This document shows positions 37,481 to 45,901 of a stretch of DNA of 63,582 nucleotides, in pieces. Each line of letters begins with the position of its first letter. The stretch's first letter is position 1. The notes under the pieces are model-generated. The model searched no databases. It had not been told where the DNA came from and was given only the letters and a program-made list of their open reading frames with translations. A program made the position numbers and the translations under genes. Origin of the DNA: Puniceicoccales bacterium (lineage in GTDB: Bacteria; Verrucomicrobiota; Verrucomicrobiia; Opitutales; JAIRKQ01); the NCBI GenBank assembly GCA_031257495.1, contig JAIRON010000015.1, positions 1-63,582 of the forward strand, in the 5' to 3' direction.

Positions 37481-38603
37481 CGCAAGTTGTGGTATTTTAA
37501 TGTGTCGCAATATAAAACAAGCAAGCTATCCCTTATTTCTTCCTGACTTTTTTTTATTTTCATACTCCTCTTTAAAAATCTTTCCTCTCTTTTGTCTATG
37601 GCTCTAATATGAACTAGATCTGTTCATGGAGCTTTACCGTAAATCATTGCAATTTTACGTATTTTTTTATTTCAGAAGCTAATGACTTGAATTTCCTGAG
37701 ATTTCATTTAGGAATCGATGTGCTGTGATTACTTATGAGTTTGACAAAAAACATTGATTATGCCAGCTACAGCATCTTCAAGATACAATCTATTACTGAG
37801 ATTGATTATATCTCAGCCTTCAAAAGGATTTTTTTAACATTCCATTTTTTTCGAAAATTGTACAAATCTCACAGCATTAATTTTTGGGTACGCCCTAATA
37901 AAATTCATAAAATACTTCCTAAAGTATCAATTTAAATTTGGCTGGAAAAAAGAGAGTGTAGGGTAGGGGAGAATTATAAAAGTCAGAGAAGAGTCATAGG
38001 ATTAATTTTATCGAAGTTTAATCACTCTGGGTTTTGCAAAGGGAAAGCCTAAATAGATGAGTTGCCGATATTGTTTTTTTTGCATCCCTGCGAATGGAGC
38101 CAGCTAGGCCAGCTCAAAAAGAGAAGAATTAGTGCATGGAAAGCCACACCGACGGGAGTCAGGCACCGCTTACACAAATCATTCCTAGCCATTAGCAGGC
38201 TGATTTAGTCCCACAGGGGACTTATTGCAGTGTCACTATGTTAAGCTTGACCTATTCTCCAGGAAATCAGTTGTTTCTCTAGGGGCAGATTGTCGCTTCA
38301 CCATAGCCTGAGGAAATTTCCTTAAACTGCTGTTGTTTCGGTATGATATTAGTAAGTGAGCGTGTTTGTTCACTGACAAAAGGATCGGAAACGATTCTGA
38401 CGAAAATTTCCCAAGACAGTTCTTCTTGTCTGTTTTACATTTTTACATATGCATCAAATTTCCCACCTACTCCCTTCAATGAACTCAGAGATAAATTGAG
38501 CTTATCTACGAGATCGAAATAAGTGGTCGGCGTCTGGTACTATCTATATTTTGCTTTTTTGTAGGATGAAAACTTCAAGCCCTTTTAGCTGAACTTAAAT
38601 GGA

Positions 38604-40301
38604 TCATTCCATCTGTGGAGAAATTTGCTCGGTATCTCCTTCAACGCCAAAATTATCAAACATGTTGCTCAAGCTTACTAGCTCACCCCCGCTGGCAACC
38701 TTATCGAATGCTTTAATTTCCGCGCTAAATGTGGTATCATCGTAATTAGCCGCTTTAATTGAAAGGCCAATGTGCCGCTCATCCTTGTCAACCTTTATGA
38801 CGCGGGCAGTTATTTCATCCCCAACTTTTAAAACTTCTTTTACTTTTTCTACCCGATCTTCGCTGATTTGACTGACGTGCACAAGTCCTTCGATATTGTC
38901 CTCAAGTTTCACAAAAGCACCGTAGGGCGCAATTTTTGTAACCTTTCCCGTCACTATGGTCCCAATTTTGTACTTTTTCTGAATTTCCGACCAAGGATCA
39001 GGGGTTAGTTGTTTGATGCCCAGCGCAATTCTTTGCTGTTCCGCATCAATGTTCAGCACAATGGCATCCACTTCCTCGCCTTTTTTGAGAAATTCACTGG
39101 GATTGTTAATTGTATGCGTCCAACTCATATCGCTCACATGGACCATTCCGTCTATGCCTTCCTCCAGCTCGACAAATGCTCCATAGTTTGTCATGTTGCG
39201 TACTTTCCCACGAACGTGTGCACCCACTGGATAATTTCTACAGACCATATCCCAAGGATTTTCTTCAAGTTGCTTCAAGCTCAGGGCAATTTTTTGGTCT
39301 TCCTTTGAAATTCCTATTACTCTGGCTTCAACCTCGTCGCCAATGCGCACAACCTCACTGGGTTTGTTAATGCGCTTCGTCCAGGACATTTCGGTGACGT
39401 GAATCAAACCTTCAACGCCGCTTTCCAGTTCAACGAAAGCACCGTAGGCCACCATGTTTACGACGCGTCCACTAACCTTGGATCCGATCGGATATCGGCG
39501 TTCAATATTGTCCCATGGATTTTGCATTGTTTGTTTCAAACCGAGGGAAACGCGTTCCTTTTCCTCATCGATGCCAATGATCATAACATCCAATTCCCGA
39601 CCCACTTGGACAACTTCGCCGGGATGCGTTATCCTACCCCAGCTCATATCGGTAATGTGTAGCAAACCATCCAACCCGTCGATATCGATAAATACACCGT
39701 AATCGGTGATGTTCTTGACGGTGCCCTTCCTTATATCACCAATCTTGATCTCACTCAGCAGTGCTCTGCGCTTTTCCTGACGCTCCTCTTCGATCAGCTC
39801 CCGGCGTGATACAACGATGTTTTTGCGTTCCTTATTAATTTTTACAATTTTAAAATCGTATGTCTGCCCGATATACAACTCAAGGCTGATAGGAGCCTGC
39901 GTATCTATCTGTGAAGCTGGCAAAAACGCATCCACTCCTATGTTGACAATCAATCCTCCCTTAACTTTGCCTTTAATACGTCCAGGAAGAATTGATCCTT
40001 CCTCGCAATTTTCCACAATCAATTCCCAGTTTTTCTTCTGCAAAGCCTTATCATGGGATATTATTGGGTTTCCATGCTTGTCTTCGAGATTTTCAATATA
40101 AATATCAATCTCAGAACCAATTTCCAAGCTTTCCAGGTCATCAAATTCGCGTGCCGGAATAACACCCTCTGATTTTCCACCTATGTCGACGACAACTTCA
40201 TTGTCGCGAATTTCAGTAATAACGCCGGTAATAACCGAATCTGCCCGCAGAGTCCCCATTGGATGGGATGCTAGCAGCTCTTCCATAACTGTAGAGCTCA
40301 T
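38604..40301 (-). CDS. rpsA: 30S ribosomal protein S1 (six S1 domains)
   Basis: Repeated S1 motifs (GxVxxxxxxGxFVxL, e.g. YGAFVELE, YGVFIDID). The ATG at 40301 is preceded by aaggaagaaaag. The track ORF's additional 87 N-terminal residues look spurious. Confidence 0.95.
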   Translation of the reverse strand: MSSTVMEELLASHPMGTLRADSVITGVITEIRDNEVVVDIGGKSEGVIPAREFDDLESLEIGSEIDIYIENLEDKHGNPIISHDKALQKKNWELIVENCEEGSILPGRIKGKVKGGLIVNIGVDAFLPASQIDTQAPISLELYIGQTYDFKIVKINKERKNIVVSRRELIEEERQEKRRALLSEIKIGDIRKGTVKNITDYGVFIDIDGLDGLLHITDMSWGRITHPGEVVQVGRELDVMIIGIDEEKERVSLGLKQTMQNPWDNIERRYPIGSKVSGRVVNMVAYGAFVELESGVEGLIHVTEMSWTKRINKPSEVVRIGDEVEARVIGISKEDQKIALSLKQLEENPWDMVCRNYPVGAHVRGKVRNMTNYGAFVELEEGIDGMVHVSDMSWTHTINNPSEFLKKGEEVDAIVLNIDAEQQRIALGIKQLTPDPWSEIQKKYKIGTIVTGKVTKIAPYGAFVKLEDNIEGLVHVSQISEDRVEKVKEVLKVGDEITARVIKVDKDERHIGLSIKAANYDDTTFSAEIKAFDKVASGGELVSLSNMFDNFGVEGDTEQISPQME

Positions 40302-40467
40302 ATAATAACTTTTCTTCCTTGCGGAAGGGTTAAAATTAAAACGCGTTCCAGTAACGTACTGCAACGCTACAACTGTGCTCAAGATGCTGTGTGAAGAAAT
40401 AAATTCAAGATAAAACTTGCAAAACATTAAAAGAATATTGCCAGGTATTGAAATTACCCTAGCTAAT

Positions 40468-41388
40468 ATGGAAAATTTTCCCAAAATATACAACTTTGTT
40501 GTATGTTTCACTAATAAATCAGGCACCAAGATAAACACAGAGAAAAAACAGGTTAGTCCCATCGAAGTTGTCCCATATAATCCAAAGTGGCCGACTATGT
40601 TCGAAGCGGAGAAAAAACTGATTCAGTCTGCCCTTGGTGATAACTGTATTGCGATTCACCACATTGGCTCAACTTCAGTGCTGGGACTCGCAGCAAAACC
40701 AAAGATAGATATAATTGCCCTGGCTAAGGATCGGGAAAAAGCCATAAAAAGCCTAGGAAAGGTCGGATATACCCATGCAGGGGAATGGAATATTCCGCTA
40801 AAATGTGGGTTTACTAAGAGAAACGGTACAAGCGTAAATTTGCATATGTTTTTTGAAGAAAATCATCCGGAAATTGAATTGAATCTTCGATTCCGCGATT
40901 ATCTGAGAACCAATCCTGATGTGCGAGATGAGTATGCGGCTCTCAAACTAAGCATCTTGGGAGATGAAACTGCTCATCAAAGAGTTGGAAAATTATCCTT
41001 TCCTGTTTATACGCTCAAAAAAAGCGCTTTTATTAGCAAAATCATAAAAAATATCGGCTTTAATAGGCTGCGCGTTTTGAAATGCATCACCGAAAATGAA
41101 TGGGAAGCGGTAAAAAGTTTTCGAAGGGATTATTTTCATAGGCTTGGAATCGGCGATCCAATTCGGGAAAATCTTGAAGATGGAAACCATGAACATTTTC
41201 TCCTTTACCGTGGCACGGAAATTATAGGATACGCTGACATTCGCATTTTCTCGAAAAAAGCCGCCATGCTGTGTGTTTTCGAAATTCATTCCAAAAATGA
41301 ATCTTTGTGGTTCATTGCCTTGATAAAAAAATGGGCAAAAGTGCACGGCTATAAATTTTTGAACAATATTGCAGTTGCAAATTCCTGA
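40468..41388 (+). CDS. GrpB-family (UPF0157 nucleotidyltransferase-fold) domain fused to a GNAT-like acetyltransferase domain
   Basis: IEVVPYNPKWPTMFEAEKKLI...IHHIGSTSVLGLAAKPKIDIIA is the GrpB signature. The C-terminal 120 aa (FLLYRGTEIIGYADIRIF...) look GNAT-like. The start is uncertain (ATG 40468). Confidence 0.65.
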   Translation: MENFPKIYNFVVCFTNKSGTKINTEKKQVSPIEVVPYNPKWPTMFEAEKKLIQSALGDNCIAIHHIGSTSVLGLAAKPKIDIIALAKDREKAIKSLGKVGYTHAGEWNIPLKCGFTKRNGTSVNLHMFFEENHPEIELNLRFRDYLRTNPDVRDEYAALKLSILGDETAHQRVGKLSFPVYTLKKSAFISKIIKNIGFNRLRVLKCITENEWEAVKSFRRDYFHRLGIGDPIRENLEDGNHEHFLLYRGTEIIGYADIRIFSKKAAMLCVFEIHSKNESLWFIALIKKWAKVHGYKFLNNIAVANS

Positions 41389-41538
41389 TTTAGGAGTTCT
41401 TCGAAAAAAATTTGAGCGTAATTTAAAAAACTAAACGCATGGGAATAAACATTTCCTAAATTGTAAGTCATCCTTAACTGTTTCGAGGGCATAGCAAATT
41501 TGTTTGCTAAAGTGCAGCGCGAATACTTTTATCTCCCC

Positions 41539-42264
41539 ATGTTAATCGGTGGCTTGCAAAAAATTTCCCTAATTGATTTTCCGGGAAAAATTGCTTCCGT
41601 CATTTTTACCCAAGGGTGCAATTTTAGGTGTCCATTTTGTCACAACGGACACCTGGTTGATCCGGCTAAATTCGAAGCAACACTCTCCGAAGATGAAGTT
41701 TTAAACTACTTATCCTCGCGAAAAGGGAGAGTGGAAGGAGTTGTTATAAGTGGAGGAGAACCTACGCTGCAAAGAGACCTCAAAGCGTTCATGCAGAAAA
41801 TCAAAGAATTGGGATTTTGTTCAAAATTAGATACAAACGGTACCAAACCTGATATTGTGGCCGACCTGACACGGTCCAATTTAGTCGATTTCATAGCTAT
41901 GGATATTAAGCACAATCTTCCGAAATACGATGCAGCGTGCGGCGTAAAAACATTGGTAAAAAACATAATACAAAGCATCAATTTTGTAAAAACCTGTGGC
42001 GTTGACTATGAGTTTCGCACAACAATCGTCCCTGGGATTCATCGAGGGAGCGACATAGTAAGCATTGCAAAAAGTATAAGAGGTGCCAAAAAATTTGTGA
42101 TACAAGAATTTGTCCCCGATCATGCCATGGACAATAATTTACGACACGAACAACACGAAATCGAGGAGTCACTTTTTTGTTTTACACATAGGGCAGAACT
42201 GGAGAACATCAGGGCGGAATGTTTGCACTACGTCACCGATTTCGAGATCAGGTTTGCCCGTTAG
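41539..42264 (+). CDS. radical SAM activating enzyme, anaerobic ribonucleotide reductase activase type (NrdG2-like)
   Basis: SLIDFPGKIASVIFTQGCNFRCPFCHN (CxxxCxxC) and VISGGEPTLQ. The track starts at TTG 41500; ATG 41539 fits the family N-terminus better. Confidence 0.8.
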   Translation: MLIGGLQKISLIDFPGKIASVIFTQGCNFRCPFCHNGHLVDPAKFEATLSEDEVLNYLSSRKGRVEGVVISGGEPTLQRDLKAFMQKIKELGFCSKLDTNGTKPDIVADLTRSNLVDFIAMDIKHNLPKYDAACGVKTLVKNIIQSINFVKTCGVDYEFRTTIVPGIHRGSDIVSIAKSIRGAKKFVIQEFVPDHAMDNNLRHEQHEIEESLFCFTHRAELENIRAECLHYVTDFEIRFAR

Positions 42265-42706
42265 GTTGTTTGCCATATGCGACATTAAGCTGGCGAATAA
42301 TCCCACAATAAACCTCCAATTTATTTTTCAAATCAATTTCGATATCCTCGTTTTTTTCGAGCTGTTCAGCCGTAGTATAAATTTCCGAAATAATTGATTC
42401 CCCTTCCTTAGAGGTCGTCCCGTTTTTCAAATTTGCTTTAATATCTTCCAAGGTAAGCGCCAATCCAACTTTGCCCTGCGGCAAGCGCATGGCTTCACGG
42501 ATAGCATATTTGGCAAACTCATAAAAATTGACAGAATCGCCAAATGTGCAGGCACGTTCCATGTTTACCATGGCCTTACCCAACCTATTACTCGCTGAAG
42601 GCTTTGAAAAAGTCCCGTATCGGTAAAACTTATAGGCAAAAATCCCCAAAAGAGTAGTCAAAGCCAGCCATAATAATAGTTTAAGTACGAAATTTACATC
42701 CATCAC
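42248..42706 (-). CDS. small membrane-anchored hypothetical protein (152 aa), last gene of a four-gene operon
   Basis: One N-terminal TM (LLLWLALTTLLGIFAY) followed by a soluble helical part. There is a 4-nt ATGA-type overlap with the upstream gene. Architecture is reminiscent of DUF4381-type proteins of Bat/MoxR operons (from memory only). Confidence 0.5.
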   Translation of the reverse strand: MMDVNFVLKLLLWLALTTLLGIFAYKFYRYGTFSKPSASNRLGKAMVNMERACTFGDSVNFYEFAKYAIREAMRLPQGKVGLALTLEDIKANLKNGTTSKEGESIISEIYTTAEQLEKNEDIEIDLKNKLEVYCGIIRQLNVAYGKQPNGQT

Positions 42707-43062
42707 TGTTTCCTGGTTGGAATCACCTGTTCGATCGAGAGTAAACAGAAGCTTAGCTCCAAAAATAGAACTTTTAAATTCAAAATATCACCGTCGTAAG
42801 CCTTTAGTATGATCAAAATCTTACTAAAACTACGATTCAATTGCAAATTTATTTCAAAATTTGCCAACGCCAGACACAGAAATATTCCGGCAAAGGCAAG
42901 CAATAGTGTTTTTGCTAGCCTGGCGCATTCGCAGCAATTAATGAGCATTTGAGATAAATTTTTATCGCATATTAACTTGCGTAACAAAAATTTACGCTTC
43001 CATTCGCCGTAAATCGTAAAGGCCAATGCTAAAAATATGAGTAGCGCGCTCATTGCGTTCAT
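42703..43062 (-). CDS. two-TM hypothetical protein (119 aa) resembling a BatA/BatB N-terminal module without a VWA domain
   Basis: MNAMSALLIFLALAFTIYGEWKRKF...RLAKTLLLAFAGIFLCLALANFE. It has 4-nt overlaps at both ends. Confidence 0.5.
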   Translation of the reverse strand: MNAMSALLIFLALAFTIYGEWKRKFLLRKLICDKNLSQMLINCCECARLAKTLLLAFAGIFLCLALANFEINLQLNRSFSKILIILKAYDGDILNLKVLFLELSFCLLSIEQVIPTRKQ

Positions 43063-43376
43063 GGCAAGGTCCTAAGCGTGGTATTTTTAAGGACAATTTC
43101 GCCCAGTGTGGTGAAGACTATAAATTTCACTAAGTAGGGAGACATTTCCACACCACATATTACAATTTTGCAAAGGGACAGTGTTATCCCCATGAGGGAA
43201 CAAAGGCGCAATGTAAATAACCAGTCCCGCTGTTTGTATCCTATTTGCCTGTTTGCCTGCTTAACAAACTGTATGTTAGGCCAGATAATCGTGCCAAGTT
43301 TAATCCTTGGTTTGATAAAAATCAGCGCCAAAATGACAGGTGAAAGTATGAAAAATATTGGTTGTTCTATTTGCAT
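43059..43376 (-). CDS. two-TM hypothetical protein (105 aa) resembling a BatA/BatB N-terminal module without a VWA domain
   Basis: MQIEQPIFFILSPVILALIFIKPRIK...RDWLFTLRLCSLMGITLSLCKIV. It overlaps the upstream gene by 10 nt and the downstream gene by 4 nt. Confidence 0.5.
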   Translation of the reverse strand: MQIEQPIFFILSPVILALIFIKPRIKLGTIIWPNIQFVKQANRQIGYKQRDWLFTLRLCSLMGITLSLCKIVICGVEMSPYLVKFIVFTTLGEIVLKNTTLRTLP

Positions 43377-43831
43377 TGCGAAATTCTCTTTTTTGCCCTA
43401 CTGACGCTGAGTACCAGTCGGCAGGCTTTTTTATACAGACCCTTCTGTTGGGAGATACTCAACTTCCTCTTGGCAAATTTTACTTGGTCCGACAGGGAAA
43501 AGATTTCCGTGATGAGGCTCGAAGCCGTCCAATCGTTGGTGACATCGTGTACAAATTTTGCCAAAATTTCATCACTAGTCTTGGAACTGTCGACGTATTT
43601 AAATTCCGCTGCCAGGTAATTTTTTATTGCGAATATGAGCAAGGCAATGAAAGCAACGCTCGAGTTTTTTCCAATGCCATCCCTGGCAATTTTCAAATCC
43701 TTGATAGCTAATTTTAAGTTGGATGGTTTTTCTTCGATGACTGGGGTCCTCTTTTCTTTTCTCCTTGCCAAGCCATAGATGCTAACAATCGCCGCAACAC
43801 CTCCCAGTAAATACAAAACTACACTCTCCAT
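43367..43831 (-). CDS. small membrane-anchored hypothetical protein (154 aa), first gene of the four-gene operon
   Basis: N-terminal TM (VVLYLLGGVAAIVSIYGL), a basic patch RRKEKR, and a second hydrophobic stretch. No motif recognised. Confidence 0.5.
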   Translation of the reverse strand: MESVVLYLLGGVAAIVSIYGLARRKEKRTPVIEEKPSNLKLAIKDLKIARDGIGKNSSVAFIALLIFAIKNYLAAEFKYVDSSKTSDEILAKFVHDVTNDWTASSLITEIFSLSDQVKFAKRKLSISQQKGLYKKACRLVLSVSRAKKRISQCK

Positions 43832-43911
43832 GAAATCTTATCCTGCCACAAGGTAGGCTATTGGGCTATCGAAGGTTTTCAACACATAAAAACAAAAACC
43901 AAAAAAAGATA

Positions 43912-43939
43912 TTGCAAAATTTTAAAAAAAGATTATACT
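43912..43939 (+). promoter_or_regulatory. sigma70-like promoter candidate for the lipase-like gene
   Basis: ttgcaa (43912-43917), a 16-nt spacer, then tatact (43934-43939). It lies about 25 nt upstream of RBS gggaggg and ATG 43964. Confidence 0.35.
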
Positions 43940-43963
43940 GGTTCAGCTAACTTGGGAGGGATC

Positions 43964-45901
43964 ATGATTAAGAATACACGTTTTTCTATCGCTGCCACTG
44001 CTACGGTTGCATGTGCAATAGCAGCGCTAATTAACCCATGCAAGGGAATTCCAAACAGCACTTTTACATGGGATGAAAATTCACATCTGGTGCAAGTAAG
44101 TGATAGAGTGCGGGAAAGCGTAACGGGTTTAGAACTTATCGAAGCTAACCCGGCATTCGTTGATATTATGCCAGACCTACACTTTCTGATAAAAAGAAGT
44201 TATAGATCCACAAAACGCGACGCGAACGAGCAATATGAAGCGTTACATATGTTGGAGCAAGATGACCTCGAAACGATACCTGGAACGATGCATAATTGGC
44301 ATTGTATCAAAAATTTCCAAGGGCAACAGGGCACATTTGTCACCCCAAATATAGGATGGAGAATAGTAAAGGGAGTCATTTCAATGTTTGCCAAAGGAAA
44401 TCTAATTACCGAAGTAGATTACCCCGGATTTGTAGCCTACCGGACCGATTACAACTGTGGTGATGACATAATTTGGCTCGTTGTTGTTCTCCGTGGATCA
44501 CAGGGAGAAGACTTCCAACCACTCGGTGGAATGCTTGGTTCCAGCTGGGTAACTAACCTCAGTGCCGGCGCGGCAAGTTTACCGGAAAAGCACTTTCCAT
44601 TTGCAGGGGAAGTACATTCCGGATATCTAAACAAGATGCTTGCCTGTGAAATATCGATGAAAAATTCAATAAATGAAGCATTGGAGAGCATAGGACCGGA
44701 TAATTTTCACAGAGTAAGATTCATTGTTACGGGCCACTCGCAGGGTGGAGGGCTAGCTCAAATAGCTTTGCCGATGATAATCAAAGATTTTTCCTATATA
44801 TATGGGCAAGACGCACATGAAGCTGCGTTTAAAAACAGCAAAACTCCACGCTTTTTTGGGTACTTTGTGTCAGCTCCCCGTATATCCTGCGGAGAAAAGA
44901 CCGCCAAAGCTTTTATCAAATGCATCGGTAAGCATAACATGATTCGCCATGGAGCCCACGGTGATATTGTTCCCATGCTCTGTATGCCAAATTATTATCC
45001 TTTGGGTGTATTGGCCGTTGACACTTTTTATGACGTATTTTGTCGCAGTATAAGATCGGAAATAGCTCATTGTAGCTTGGGTGCACTGTTTAGTGAGTTA
45101 AAGAATTTATTCGATCCGGACAAATTTGAAGTAGACAACAATACCTGGACAGCAAAGGACGACCCGAATTTCAAAATGTACTGGACCGAGGCTGCCAAAG
45201 TTGCTAAAATCGCTGGCTCTAGGAATGCTTTTCGTACTAACCCTTCCTTCGACCTGTTCAAAGGCATTTTAAAGCAAGGTTTCTTGGCAGCCAATCCTTC
45301 AAGAGAATTCGAAGAAGCAAAAGAACTTCCCGATGTGAACAGTGAATACATAGAAGGTTTAATGAAGGAGTGGTATACCGCAAAAAACATAGAACTTTTA
45401 GTAAAGCACTTTGCTCTCTTCGAGGACGTAAAATTGGACGAAAAGAGAAAGGAAAAAATTTTCATGATTTCCGATCAAATGGAACAGTGGCTGGGTAACG
45501 AAGAAACTTTCGGGATTACAAGTGCCAGTTCATGCGTAAATTGTTTAAATGCCGTCAGCGAAACGGCAAATTCCATGAAGGGACTTAGCTCTGAAAATTT
45601 CAAAAAATATACCAATGTTATCGAAGGAGACACCGTCGTTTCCAGCGATACCTTGTCTCCCATTGCCGGCATTTCAGCGGTAGCCATAGCTCACTTCGGC
45701 TCACACTCAAATTTTTACGGAACAAACCTCTTTGACAGACATCTTCCGAGCAAGGACATAAACTTGTCCCTGCGTAATGGAGCTGAGTTACTGAGGACTA
45801 AGAAAAAGGGTGAAAGGTGCATCTTTATATACGAGGAAGGATTGCCGAAACTTTTAGTAGAAATATGCCAAAACTTGGAAACTTCGAGCGAAGATGAATG
45901 A
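43964..45901 (+). CDS. secreted class-3 lipase-like alpha/beta hydrolase with a long C-terminal extension
   Basis: Signal peptide MIKNTRFSIAATATVACAIAALINPCKG. Nucleophile elbow VTGHSQGGGLAQ preceded by VVVLRGSQ...EVHSGYL, as in the Lipase_3 family. About 300 further residues carry no motif. Confidence 0.72.
   Translation: MIKNTRFSIAATATVACAIAALINPCKGIPNSTFTWDENSHLVQVSDRVRESVTGLELIEANPAFVDIMPDLHFLIKRSYRSTKRDANEQYEALHMLEQDDLETIPGTMHNWHCIKNFQGQQGTFVTPNIGWRIVKGVISMFAKGNLITEVDYPGFVAYRTDYNCGDDIIWLVVVLRGSQGEDFQPLGGMLGSSWVTNLSAGAASLPEKHFPFAGEVHSGYLNKMLACEISMKNSINEALESIGPDNFHRVRFIVTGHSQGGGLAQIALPMIIKDFSYIYGQDAHEAAFKNSKTPRFFGYFVSAPRISCGEKTAKAFIKCIGKHNMIRHGAHGDIVPMLCMPNYYPLGVLAVDTFYDVFCRSIRSEIAHCSLGALFSELKNLFDPDKFEVDNNTWTAKDDPNFKMYWTEAAKVAKIAGSRNAFRTNPSFDLFKGILKQGFLAANPSREFEEAKELPDVNSEYIEGLMKEWYTAKNIELLVKHFALFEDVKLDEKRKEKIFMISDQMEQWLGNEETFGITSASSCVNCLNAVSETANSMKGLSSENFKKYTNVIEGDTVVSSDTLSPIAGISAVAIAHFGSHSNFYGTNLFDRHLPSKDINLSLRNGAELLRTKKKGERCIFIYEEGLPKLLVEICQNLETSSEDE

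Noticed and set aside
38087-38345. Tested the GC-richer core of the topB-rpsA gap by eye for RNase P RNA, tmRNA, SRP RNA and 6S RNA
   Set aside because: The region lacks a GAGGAAAGTCC / ACAGAA..GCTTA pair with proper spacing (RNase P). It lacks a tRNA-like TTCGAATCC...CCA 3' end (tmRNA) and a GGAAGCAGCC-type SRP motif. A superficial GGCTGATTT match to the tmRNA 5' end is too short. The region is kept only as an unclassified candidate in the findings.
40302-40562. 87-aa N-terminal extension of the rpsA ORF in the track (MGLTCFFSVFILVPDLL...)
   Set aside because: It is hydrophobic and non-S1-like. A canonical ATG with a good RBS sits at 40301, where homology to S1 begins. The extension would also overlap the divergent GrpB-like gene.
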